Source: Candidatus Thorarchaeota archaeon (GTDB lineage Archaea > Asgardarchaeota > Thorarchaeia > Thorarchaeales > Thorarchaeaceae). From it: a DNA stretch of 30,627 nucleotides. Location of the stretch: assembly GCA_016933575.1 (NCBI GenBank), contig JAFGAR010000076.1, positions 1 through 30,627 of the forward strand, read 5' to 3'. The notes beneath the pieces were generated by a model. The model saw only the letters and a program-made list of their open reading frames with translations. It ran no database searches and was not told the DNA's origin. Position numbers and translations under genes: made by a program. Positions 1 to 8,334 of the stretch are shown here, one piece after another; position 1 is the stretch's first letter, and each line of letters starts with the position of its first letter.

Positions 1-41
1 TAGAGCCATAATAGTTCACAAGAGATACTGCTCAGAATTAG

Positions 42-96
42 TATATATAGCGAAGCCACTTGTGAGGGTCACAATAGAGAGTCACATCTTGTGACT
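42..96 (+). promoter_or_regulatory. TATA-like box followed by two TGTGA/TCACA palindromes (candidate operators)
   Basis: TATATATA at 42-49; TTGTGA-GGG-TCACAA at 60-74; AGTCACA-TCT-TGTGACT at 80-96, upstream of the small ORF starting at 132. Confidence 0.45.
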
Positions 97-131
97 AGTT
101 TGAAATGTTCCAGATTGGGTTGTTTGATGCT

Positions 132-353
132 ATGGAAGAGGTCGAAATTGTCGGATTAATTACGAAGAAGAATGAAATGTTTGCACTAACTACGGATGAT
201 GGGAAGACCTACTACCTATCTGCAATTTTGCCTTGGGAGGCTGTTTCTGCTGACTTTAATTCAGGGAAATTCATCCCTTTTCTTGGAAAAAGAGTCAGAG
301 CTCGAGGGCTCTGTAACGGATCAACAATATACAAAGCTGCGTTAGAGGAATAG
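132..353 (+). CDS. Small hypothetical protein (beta-rich, possibly OB-fold-like)
   Basis: ORF 105..353; second ATG at 132 gives 73 aa with alternating hydrophobic strands (VEIVGLI, FALTTDDGKTYYL, GKRVRARG). Confidence 0.6.
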   Translation: MEEVEIVGLITKKNEMFALTTDDGKTYYLSAILPWEAVSADFNSGKFIPFLGKRVRARGLCNGSTIYKAALEE

Positions 354-524
354 AATCTCTTGACACTCTTAGGATTCAAGAGGCAGGGCTTCCCTACTAT
401 ACAACTCTCAAAGATTCTTAAGATAATTGGATTCAGATTTCGCAACGAAGATAAAAACGGAAGGTGGATGTCTGACTACTTGATCATAGGCAGACTCCAA
501 CCAGCACAAATTAGTAACATTGGT

Positions 525-905
525 TTAGAGTTTGAGTTCTTCCTCACTCTTCCAAAGACCATGAATATTGCAATAGGCTGTAGCCATCAGAGTCCCTGAT
601 TTTTTCGTCTTAAAGATGAATTTTGTTATAGGCTCTGTATAGATTGTGCTTGAATCAGCTCCCTTAGCCGATTCACCATGTGCATCAAAACTTATGTATC
701 CAATCTCAATTGGGAAATTCTCTCCCTCTGGCCAGAAGAATAGGTCTATCCATTTGATATGATGAGCTGTCGTGTTTGGATGGGGTATTTCTTTTCCCAC
801 GGACACCTTCACTTTGACTTTGCCATCTTCTAGTTTCTTGACCTCTATTACTGGAACATGTTTCTCACTCTTCCAATCTGCAGTCTGTATCCATTTCTTA
901 CTCAT
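525..905 (-). CDS. sor: Superoxide reductase (neelaredoxin-type, single-iron SOR domain)
   Basis: Fe-ligand motifs EKHVP, HPNTTAHHIKWI and YCNIHGLW; no N-terminal desulforedoxin domain. Confidence 0.92.
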   Translation of the reverse strand: MSKKWIQTADWKSEKHVPVIEVKKLEDGKVKVKVSVGKEIPHPNTTAHHIKWIDLFFWPEGENFPIEIGYISFDAHGESAKGADSSTIYTEPITKFIFKTKKSGTLMATAYCNIHGLWKSEEELKL

Positions 906-1066
906 TCTTCTCTACCTCTCTAATAATATGCAGCAGTATGAGTCACTGCGCACCTATCACAATAAGCCGCTTATGTTAAAATACTTCTCTTCTGACAAGG
1001 CTTACAGTTAAATAGGAACCCCCTTTCTCGCAGAGCGTCGAAAAAACCCAATCTACGGAGGAGAGA

Positions 1067-1618
1067 TTGATGGAATATTTCCACCCCAAACACCCCAATT
1101 CAACAATTTACTTGTCATTACTAGCTATTCTTACTGCACTTACTACCGTGGCTACGATCGTTCTCTTTGTACCATTTCCGACAACTAGTGGTTACTTCAA
1201 TCTAGGTGATGTACTTGTGATGATTAGCGGCCTTCTTCTTGGTCCTGTAGGTGGATTCATAGCTGGCGGCGGTGGTTCTGCAATTGCTGATCTAATCTTG
1301 GCACCACCATACGCCCCCATTACTCTCATTGCTAAAGGTCTTGAAGGAATGATTGTTGGTCTCTTCAGCTCCCGTGTAAGTAAGATGACTAAGTTCAGTC
1401 TGTTGGACGTTGCTGGAGTATTTCTTGCATCTTGTGCGATGTTATTGGGCTATCTCGTTGGAGAGGTTTTCATACTTGGCTATTCATTTGGTGCTGCATT
1501 TGCAGAACTTGTGACTATTAATTCAATCCAAGTCATTGTAGGTTCAATTGTGACTCTATCAATTGGCCCCATCCTCAGGTCATATCTACGAGATCTGAGC
1601 CCTCTCGAAGAGACTTAG
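1067..1618 (+). CDS. ECF transporter S component (substrate unassigned)
   Basis: Highly hydrophobic 183 aa; motifs ALTTVAT, GYFNLGD, LLGPVGGFIAGGGGSAIADL and TLIAKGLEG are typical of ECF S components; GGAGGAG upstream. Confidence 0.85.
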   Translation: MMEYFHPKHPNSTIYLSLLAILTALTTVATIVLFVPFPTTSGYFNLGDVLVMISGLLLGPVGGFIAGGGGSAIADLILAPPYAPITLIAKGLEGMIVGLFSSRVSKMTKFSLLDVAGVFLASCAMLLGYLVGEVFILGYSFGAAFAELVTINSIQVIVGSIVTLSIGPILRSYLRDLSPLEET

Positions 1619-1755
1619 TTGGTATCCATGGTTGTGGACATTTTCAATCATTATCTAATCGCGATGTCAGAACGGTTTTTTAGTACCTATGATTCAGGAT
1701 TATTCATCCCAATATCTTCCAAGTAAAAGCAACTTAAAACGGGCGGCAATTTGAT

Positions 1756-3036
1756 ATGACTGATCGCAAAAAATTAAGAATTGATGAAGAAAGACTGACC
1801 GAAATTAATGACTTTCTTCTCAATCCAGATAATCCCCTTGTGAACAACCTTCTAGAGGTTCTCGATAAATATGGAGGCGTTGAAGAAATCAATAGAAAGG
1901 CCAAGGAAGCCCGCAAATTGGATCACCTAATGGCTATGCTAGAAGAAAAGAAGTCCCCATATGTCGATGATCTTCTCTGGCTTCAGGAACAACGTGATAA
2001 CAATGCATTCATTTCAATTCCTGATTATCGTCGAAAGATACTTGGCGATAAGACCGAATCGATGTCTTTTGATGATAGTTTTGCCATCACCCTCGAGATA
2101 AGCGCCTGCCAATATTTTCCATGGCTTATTGAGGAGGCCAAACAGGCTGTCAAGAATGATGAACTAATGCCAGGACGCTTTATCAGAGTCCGAAATATGG
2201 TTGAGCAGACTGCTGACAACGATGTAATTGCTTTTGCTGCAGCAATGCAAATCGTGGGTTCTTCCTATGTTGAAACACTTGATACAAAGGGAACCTTACC
2301 TGGCTCTGATGGTGCCCCAACGAATGTTCATCTTGGTGGTCCTGCAACAATAACCGGTTACTTTGGAGGAGTAGGAATGCCCAACCACTTTCCACTGAAG
2401 TGGGCAAACGAGTATCTGCACTATCATACAAAGTATGGAATAACCCAAGTGTTGAACATCAATCCTGGTAGCGTATTGGTTGGCTATATGATGCACAAGC
2501 TTGGAATTGACATGGAGTTCAAGATCTCTGTATACATGGGGAATGATAATCCATATGCCTGTCTTTGGACGCTTATGACTGCCAAGTTATTTAGTCGAGA
2601 TGATGGCACGAGCCCACTCATTGGATTTAACTTATCAAATAGTGTCAACAATGAGACCATTGAACTCTCTGCGTACATACGAAAAGAATTCGGATTCGAA
2701 GATGTCGTGCGAATTGAACACCATATCACTGAAACCTACAAGTCAATTGTCCGGCAACCATATGATAGACTACCTGAACTTCTTGATTTGGCAGATCACG
2801 TCAAGAATATCAGCGCAAAACACGAAGGAGGCGTTCCTGAGATAGATGCAGCTCGTGATTATCCTAGTGATATTCTTGATTACTTCAGAAAGAAAGAGGA
2901 TATCATTGAAGCCGGTCATATGCCATTAAATCTTCGAAACTACTTTGATAAACATCACTCTTTGAATCGAACTGCTGAAGAGCTTACAAAACGTGGTCTG
3001 ACGTTTCTTGCTGCTCCTAAGCTACATAGACGTTAA
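1756..3036 (+). CDS. Hypothetical protein, enzyme-like (alpha/beta)
   Basis: 426-aa intact ORF with Gly-rich HLGGPATITGYFGGVG, RIEHHITE and SAKHEGG; no family recognised. Confidence 0.85.
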   Translation: MTDRKKLRIDEERLTEINDFLLNPDNPLVNNLLEVLDKYGGVEEINRKAKEARKLDHLMAMLEEKKSPYVDDLLWLQEQRDNNAFISIPDYRRKILGDKTESMSFDDSFAITLEISACQYFPWLIEEAKQAVKNDELMPGRFIRVRNMVEQTADNDVIAFAAAMQIVGSSYVETLDTKGTLPGSDGAPTNVHLGGPATITGYFGGVGMPNHFPLKWANEYLHYHTKYGITQVLNINPGSVLVGYMMHKLGIDMEFKISVYMGNDNPYACLWTLMTAKLFSRDDGTSPLIGFNLSNSVNNETIELSAYIRKEFGFEDVVRIEHHITETYKSIVRQPYDRLPELLDLADHVKNISAKHEGGVPEIDAARDYPSDILDYFRKKEDIIEAGHMPLNLRNYFDKHHSLNRTAEELTKRGLTFLAAPKLHRR

Positions 3037-3073
3037 TCAACTAATAAACAGGGTTGTCAACAGCTGCTGAAAC

Positions 3074-3236
3074 CTTGGACAATGTTGGACATCTCGTAGA
3101 TGAGTCTTTGAGAGATCATAGTGGAGCTCTTATAGTCCAGTCAGGTGACTCAAGCATGAGGTCGAAACAACACAGCTCTGACCTCACAGAGTCCACCCAG
3201 TGCCGTTTCTGGGAGCACTTCACTCTGGTGTCCAAG
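3074..3236. ncRNA. Candidate structured RNA or miniature element between convergent genes
   Basis: Closing stem CTTGGACA (3074-3081)/TGTCCAAG (3229-3236) encloses stems TGAGTC/GACTCA, TGAGGTC/GACCTCA, CAGAGT/ACTCTG and CCCAG/CTGGG. Confidence 0.45.
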
Positions 3237-3262
3237 ATTGTACAACTTACAATGAACGGTAA

Positions 3263-3282
3263 GGGGAGCCTTTGGCTCTCCC
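3263..3282 (-). terminator. GC-rich hairpin immediately after the ferritin-like gene stop
   Basis: GGGGAGCC-TTT-GGCTCTCCC inverted repeat abutting the TAG at 3282-3284. Confidence 0.45.
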
Positions 3283-3752
3283 TACATATCTGGTTGGAAA
3301 ATATCGTCATACATATTCTGAAGTCTTGTCTTGTGAGCTTCTTCTTCCTTAGCTAGAGTTTCAAATACTGCTCGATGATTTCCACTACTAGTCAGTTCAG
3401 ATAGTGCCTTGTAAAAGCTATGAGCAGCATCCTCTTTCTTGATTGCTACAATAAGGACATCTTGAGGTGTCGAGGACGGTAGAAGGGGGATATCCACCAG
3501 ATAATGGCTCAAATCCATCTTCTCAATCTCATCAACCGTTTCACATGTGAATGTTTCACAGACACCCGCTTTCATTGCAGCCTGAAGTTTCTCTTTATGA
3601 GTGACTTCTTGGTGTGCAAGATCATGGAGTAGTTTATTTGAAGACTTGAATTCCGACTCCTCAGCGGCTTTCATGTAAAACTCGTATGCTTCTTCCTCTC
3701 GTTGAATTGCGAGGGAAACCAATCTTTCGAAAGTCTGTTGGACAGCAGTCAC
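3282..3752 (-). CDS. Ferritin-like / rubrerythrin-family diiron protein
   Basis: Duplicated motifs AIQREEEAYEFY...QEVTH and AIKKEDAAHSFY...KEEEAH; GTG start; internal CETFTC; no C-terminal rubredoxin domain. Confidence 0.88.
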   Translation of the reverse strand: MTAVQQTFERLVSLAIQREEEAYEFYMKAAEESEFKSSNKLLHDLAHQEVTHKEKLQAAMKAGVCETFTCETVDEIEKMDLSHYLVDIPLLPSSTPQDVLIVAIKKEDAAHSFYKALSELTSSGNHRAVFETLAKEEEAHKTRLQNMYDDIFQPDM

Positions 3753-3886
3753 TGATATTACCCAAAATTGAATGTATAGAAGGCCGTTTTAAGCATAATG
3801 TTCGAATATCTTATGAGCTAGATAATTGTCAATACACGAATCTTTTTCTCTTGGTCAGAGATTTTGAGCGCTCTGAGTGGATTCAT

Positions 3887-4336
3887 TTGGAAGAGAAAGA
3901 TGGGCGATCGTTCAATTGTGCTGAGAGTGTAGTGATTAGAGTACATAGAGACAGACCTCTCCCCGGCTTCAGCGATTCCTGTATGAAAGTGGCTTCTAAT
4001 CTTGGTGGCGGGGTTGCAGGGTTCGGAGAGATATGCGGTGCTGTCAGTGGAGCCGTGATGAGTCTGTCCCTTCTATTTGGTACAACTGGTAGTGAACAGA
4101 TTGATGAATTTAAGGCACAGAGAACAAAATCCCGTGAAGCAATCAAACTCTTTCTTCAGAATTTCACTGATGATTGGGGATCGGTTCGTTGTAGTTCTCT
4201 CAAAGCAATGGATGATGGAAAAGCACCACAAGAAGGAGCACATAGAATTGGTACCCCTCCAAGAAATCTCTGTGATACCTATGTTGATTGGGCTGTCAAA
4301 AAGATCATCTCGGTTCGCAATGGATTTGAAAAATAA
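3887..4336 (+). CDS. C-GCAxxG-C-C family putative redox-active protein
   Basis: FNCAES, GGG..GEICGAVSG, GSVRC and NLC motifs. Start moved to TTG at 3887 because the upstream part of ORF 3686 overlaps the divergent gene. Confidence 0.85.
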   Translation: MEEKDGRSFNCAESVVIRVHRDRPLPGFSDSCMKVASNLGGGVAGFGEICGAVSGAVMSLSLLFGTTGSEQIDEFKAQRTKSREAIKLFLQNFTDDWGSVRCSSLKAMDDGKAPQEGAHRIGTPPRNLCDTYVDWAVKKIISVRNGFEK

Positions 4337-4433
4337 CGACAAATCTAGCCTCATTTTGCCTTTAGAAAAGAGTATGACAAAAGACAAGTGCATATGTCTT
4401 GAATACAATACGTACCTCTTGAGCTGATGTAAG

Positions 4434-4865
4434 ATGAAACTCTGGAGTAACGATTTTGAAGAGGGGCAACCAATCCCCGCACGGTGCTCATATCGAAATG
4501 AGAATATCAATCCACACATAGGTTGGGATGATGCTCCTGAGAATACGCAAAGCTTCGCTTTGATATGCAACGATCCTGATGCACCAGTCGGAGATTGGAT
4601 ACACTGGCTTCTGCATGGAATTCCAAGTGGAATCCGAGAAATTCCTTCTGGTGGAAAAGTCCCTGGTGTTGAGGTTCAAAACGACTTTGGAGTATGTCAC
4701 TGGGGTGGTCCTGCTCCTCCCTTTGGTACGCATAGATACTTCTTCACAATTTATGCACTATCTGTTCCAGCTCTTGAAAATGTACACAAAAACAATTTTC
4801 GCGAATTGTGTGAGAAACATAAACTTGCAGTAGCTCAAACAATGGGTACATATACGCGTAAATAA
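4434..4865 (+). CDS. YbhB/YbcL family PEBP (Raf kinase inhibitor-like) protein
   Basis: Motifs DPDAP, WIHW, QNDFG and WGGPAPP.GTHRYFF. Confidence 0.92.
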   Translation: MKLWSNDFEEGQPIPARCSYRNENINPHIGWDDAPENTQSFALICNDPDAPVGDWIHWLLHGIPSGIREIPSGGKVPGVEVQNDFGVCHWGGPAPPFGTHRYFFTIYALSVPALENVHKNNFRELCEKHKLAVAQTMGTYTRK

Positions 4866-4868
4866 GAA

Positions 4869-4900
4869 CCAAAATCATCGGACTGGCGTCTGATTTTTGG
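4869..4900 (+). terminator. Hairpin with T-tract after the PEBP gene
   Basis: ATCGGAC-TGGC-GTCTGAT followed by TTTT, with outer CCAAAA/TTTTGG pairing. Confidence 0.45.
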
Positions 4901-4924
4901 CAACCGTCACCAAATCTTAAGGCT

Positions 4925-5707
4925 TTGATATCAATGAATTCAATTCCCTTACTAGAAACGCGAGACCTACGTGTCGAAGTAAATGGTATACCTATTCTTA
5001 GTGGAGTCGACCTTGAGTTCGAATCAGGTTGTGTTTATGCCATACTAGGTCCAAATGCCTCTGGCAAATCAACAACCGCAAAGGCAATCATGGGACTTCC
5101 AGAATACAAAATAACCAGCGGAGATATTCTCTTCAATGGTGAATCGATACTTGATAAATCAATCACCGAACGTGCAAGACTAGGTATAGCGTATGCATTT
5201 CAGACACCTCCGAGAATCTCAGGTGTCAAATTAGACGATTTCATCTGTAGAATCTGTCCTGAGTATCAATGCAAAGCTGAAGATGATCAACTCATGGGAG
5301 AGAGCTGTTCCTGCAAGCAGGAATTGTATGATGATTTTCGGACCCTAGGTATTGGCAATCTTGCACAACGTGATTTGAATGATGGATTCTCTGGTGGCGA
5401 GTCCAAGAGAAGCGAACTCTTCCAGGTCCTTTCTATGCGACCACGAATCATGTTTCTTGATGAACCGGATAGTGGGCTCGATTATGATTCGTTAAAGGTC
5501 GTAGGCCGAGAACTGAAGACAATCAGAGAGAAAGGTGAAACTACTCTTGTAATAATCAGTCATCATCGGTATGTTCTCGAGTTTCTTGAGGTGGATAAGG
5601 TCTACATTTTGCAGTATGGCAGGGTTGTCTATACGGGCGATATGAGTGCAATACCCTTACTTGAGGAAAAAGGGTATGAAAAATTCCTTACCGACATGAC
5701 TAGTTAA
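4925..5707 (+). CDS. sufC: Fe-S cluster assembly ABC ATPase SufC (SmsC-like)
   Basis: Walker A GPNASGKS, AFQ.P, LNDGFSGGESKRSE signature, Walker B FLDEPDSGLD and ISH; adjacent to sufB. Confidence 0.92.
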   Translation: MISMNSIPLLETRDLRVEVNGIPILSGVDLEFESGCVYAILGPNASGKSTTAKAIMGLPEYKITSGDILFNGESILDKSITERARLGIAYAFQTPPRISGVKLDDFICRICPEYQCKAEDDQLMGESCSCKQELYDDFRTLGIGNLAQRDLNDGFSGGESKRSELFQVLSMRPRIMFLDEPDSGLDYDSLKVVGRELKTIREKGETTLVIISHHRYVLEFLEVDKVYILQYGRVVYTGDMSAIPLLEEKGYEKFLTDMTS

Positions 5708-5719
5708 GGAGGCAGATTA

Positions 5720-6949
5720 GTGACTTCTGATGATACAAAAAAACGAGCACAATCAGCCAAGGAAAAACCTGCACAGTATGGCACAGATATCGATCTTGAG
5801 AACTATGATTATTCTAAATCAAAACCTGGAGAGATTGAGTCACTTGATGACCTATCTGAGAAAGACCGCACTCTCGTGCAAGAGGTTGGTTTTGATCCAT
5901 CACAGAAGAAAGTATCTGGTTCCTTTATGCAGTTTGATAATGAGAGTTTTCTTGCTGATGTCTTACTCCAACAAGAAGGTCTTGAAGTTCTCCCAATGAT
6001 GGAAGCACTTCAGAAATATAGTTGGCTTAATGACTACCTCTGGAATGCAGTACCTGTTGATGCAGACAAATATACCGCAAGGAGCGAGTTGGTTGATTAC
6101 AATGGGTATTTCATTAGGGCAAGAGCAGGTGCTTCAATTAAAATGCCTGTCCAAAGCTGTCTGATAATGAAGAAGAATCAATCTGTACAGAACGTCCATA
6201 ATATCGTTATTGCCGAAGAGGGATCTGAATTGCACATCATCACTGGATGTGCAACCCCTTCAAGTGTTGAACAGTCCCTTCATCTTGGAGTTTCTGAATT
6301 CTACATCAAGAAGAAGGCAAAACTGACTTTCACAATGGTTCACAGATGGAGCGAAAAGACAGATGTTCGCCCGAGGTCTTCAACTATTGTTGAAGAGAAT
6401 GGCATCTTTATCTCGAGTTATGCTATCTTGAGCCCCTTAAAATCGATACAGACCTTCCCAAAAGTAAGACTTGTAGGATCTGGAGCAAAGGCTGACCTTC
6501 ACTCTGTAGTGTATGGAAGTAAGACCTCATTATATGATGTCGGAGGTCTCTTGAGTCTCGAAGCACCAAAGTCCAATGGTAAAGTGATCTCTAGATCAAT
6601 TGCTACCGATGAATCTGAGATTATCGCTCGTGGCGATCTTATCGGTCTCTCGGGAAACACAAAGGCACGATTAGAGTGTGATGGTCTCCTAATCAGTAAC
6701 TCCGCAGTGATTCGAGCGATACCTATGCTCTCAGCTAGAGCCGAAGGAGCTGAGCTTAGCCACGAAGCAACAGTGGGAAAGGTCGGAGCTGAGCAACTTA
6801 GTTATCTCATGAGTCGTGGTCTGGATGAAGATGAGGCAACCTCACTCATCATCCGCGGCTTTATGAAACTGAAGGTTCCAGGTCTTCCACCAGCCCTTCA
6901 GAGTTCAATAGATGATGCAATTAAATTAAGCCTCGAAGGTGGAATGTAA
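5720..6949 (+). CDS. sufB: Fe-S cluster assembly scaffold, SufB/SufD family (archaeal SmsB-like)
   Basis: QNVHNIVIAEEGSELHIITGC, VSEFY, LECDGL and LSHEATVGKV...YLMSRGL motifs; SD AAGGAGG at 5706-5712 and GTG start. Confidence 0.92.
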   Translation: MTSDDTKKRAQSAKEKPAQYGTDIDLENYDYSKSKPGEIESLDDLSEKDRTLVQEVGFDPSQKKVSGSFMQFDNESFLADVLLQQEGLEVLPMMEALQKYSWLNDYLWNAVPVDADKYTARSELVDYNGYFIRARAGASIKMPVQSCLIMKKNQSVQNVHNIVIAEEGSELHIITGCATPSSVEQSLHLGVSEFYIKKKAKLTFTMVHRWSEKTDVRPRSSTIVEENGIFISSYAILSPLKSIQTFPKVRLVGSGAKADLHSVVYGSKTSLYDVGGLLSLEAPKSNGKVISRSIATDESEIIARGDLIGLSGNTKARLECDGLLISNSAVIRAIPMLSARAEGAELSHEATVGKVGAEQLSYLMSRGLDEDEATSLIIRGFMKLKVPGLPPALQSSIDDAIKLSLEGGM

Positions 6950-6950
6950 T

Positions 6951-8243
6951 CTACTCTCGTGGGACTATCTCTTTCATTCCAGTTGGAAGGTACTTTTGCA
7001 ATGCAGTTGGTATCTTGACACTACCATCTGCTTGTTGATATACCTCTAAAATAGCCACCATTGTTCTTGGATTCGCCATCATGGTACTGTTTAGAGTATG
7101 TAAGTAATCCTTCTCTGTTCCACCTTTCTTAATTCTATATTTGATATTCAAGCGTGTGGCTTGGTATGCTGTACAATTACTACAAGAACCACCCTCACGA
7201 TATTTCTGTTGTCCGGGGAACCAAAACTCAAGATCGTATTTCTTAGCAGCAACAATACCAATATCCCCTGTACAGGAGTTCACGATACGGTAAGGAAGTT
7301 TCAGTGCTTGGACGTATTTTTCTTCGTTTTGAATCAATTCTTCATGTATATTCCATGAATCATCGGGATGGCTGAAGACGAATTGTTCCACTTTGTTGAA
7401 TTGGTGGACCCTGAAAATTCCTTTGGTATCTTTTCCATGCGAACCTGCCTCTTTTCTGAAACATGTACTGATACCTGCCAATTTCACTGGTAACTCAGTT
7501 GGCTCAAATACGTTACCCATATACATAGCTGCCATAGGATGTTCTGATGTGGCGATAAGGTATAGGTCCTCCCCTTCTATCTTGTACATCACATCCTCAA
7601 AATCTGCAAGATCCGTGACTCCCTCATATGGTTCACGTCGCATCATAAAGGGTGGGTAAAGCGGAGTATATCCCCTCTTCATTAACATGTCCAGCGCCAT
7701 CTGCTGCATTGCTAATTCAAGGAAAACCAGTTCGTTTTTGAGATAATAGAACCTTGATCCAGCTATTTTTGCAGCACTAGGGATATCTCCTACATCAAGA
7801 GAATCTAACAAATCTACATGACTATGAACCTCAAAATCGAACTCAGGTCTCCCGCCCCATTCTCTCACAACTTCATTGTCTTCGTCATCTATCCCATAGG
7901 GAACACTCTCATGCAGGATGTTGGGAATGCTCATCTGTATCCTCTTCAGCTCTGTTCGCAACTGATCCGTTTCCGTTTCCACATCTAGTATTCTCTTGTT
8001 TACATCATTTGCCCGTGCGACTAGCTCTGGATCTTCCTTTCCAGTCTTCTTTAATTTCCCAATCTCTTTAGAGAGACTATTTCTCTGGGTTCGTAAATCC
8101 TGAATCTCTCGCTGGAGAGCTCTGACTCTATCATCTAATTTGAGAAGCTTTTCAAACTCCTTTAGTTTTGCTTTGTCTCGTCGCCTCTCAAGATTTGTAC
8201 GGATTAGTTCTACGTTCTCACGGATGAATCGGATATCTAACAT
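6951..8243 (-). CDS. serS: Serine--tRNA ligase (standard type)
   Basis: MLDIRFIR start, N-terminal coiled coil, LIATSEHP, CFRKEAGSHGKDTKGIFRVHQFNKVEQF, SCSNC and HTLNST. Confidence 0.97.
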   Translation of the reverse strand: MLDIRFIRENVELIRTNLERRRDKAKLKEFEKLLKLDDRVRALQREIQDLRTQRNSLSKEIGKLKKTGKEDPELVARANDVNKRILDVETETDQLRTELKRIQMSIPNILHESVPYGIDDEDNEVVREWGGRPEFDFEVHSHVDLLDSLDVGDIPSAAKIAGSRFYYLKNELVFLELAMQQMALDMLMKRGYTPLYPPFMMRREPYEGVTDLADFEDVMYKIEGEDLYLIATSEHPMAAMYMGNVFEPTELPVKLAGISTCFRKEAGSHGKDTKGIFRVHQFNKVEQFVFSHPDDSWNIHEELIQNEEKYVQALKLPYRIVNSCTGDIGIVAAKKYDLEFWFPGQQKYREGGSCSNCTAYQATRLNIKYRIKKGGTEKDYLHTLNSTMMANPRTMVAILEVYQQADGSVKIPTALQKYLPTGMKEIVPRE

Positions 8244-8334
8244 TGGTCCTCACATCTTGTCTATAGTCTTCCTCATGCGAAGTCACGAGTTCTAGATAAG
8301 TCGTTTCCTCAAATACAGAAATGGTTTTTCAAGT

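Noticed and set aside
3139-3170. Hammerhead ribozyme (stem followed by GAAAC)
   Set aside because: The CUGANGA core is absent on both strands.
3192-3213. Iron-responsive element (CAGTGC) near the ferritin-like gene
   Set aside because: Wrong strand for that mRNA and no 5-bp upper stem around the hexaloop.
3054-3356. ORFs 3054..3356 (+) and 3116..3310 (-)
   Set aside because: Overlap the ferritin-like gene and have no recognisable motifs; RNA structure explains the region better.
3686-3886. N-terminal extension of the C-GCAxxG-C-C ORF
   Set aside because: Overlaps the divergent gene and promoter region; the family domain begins near 3887.
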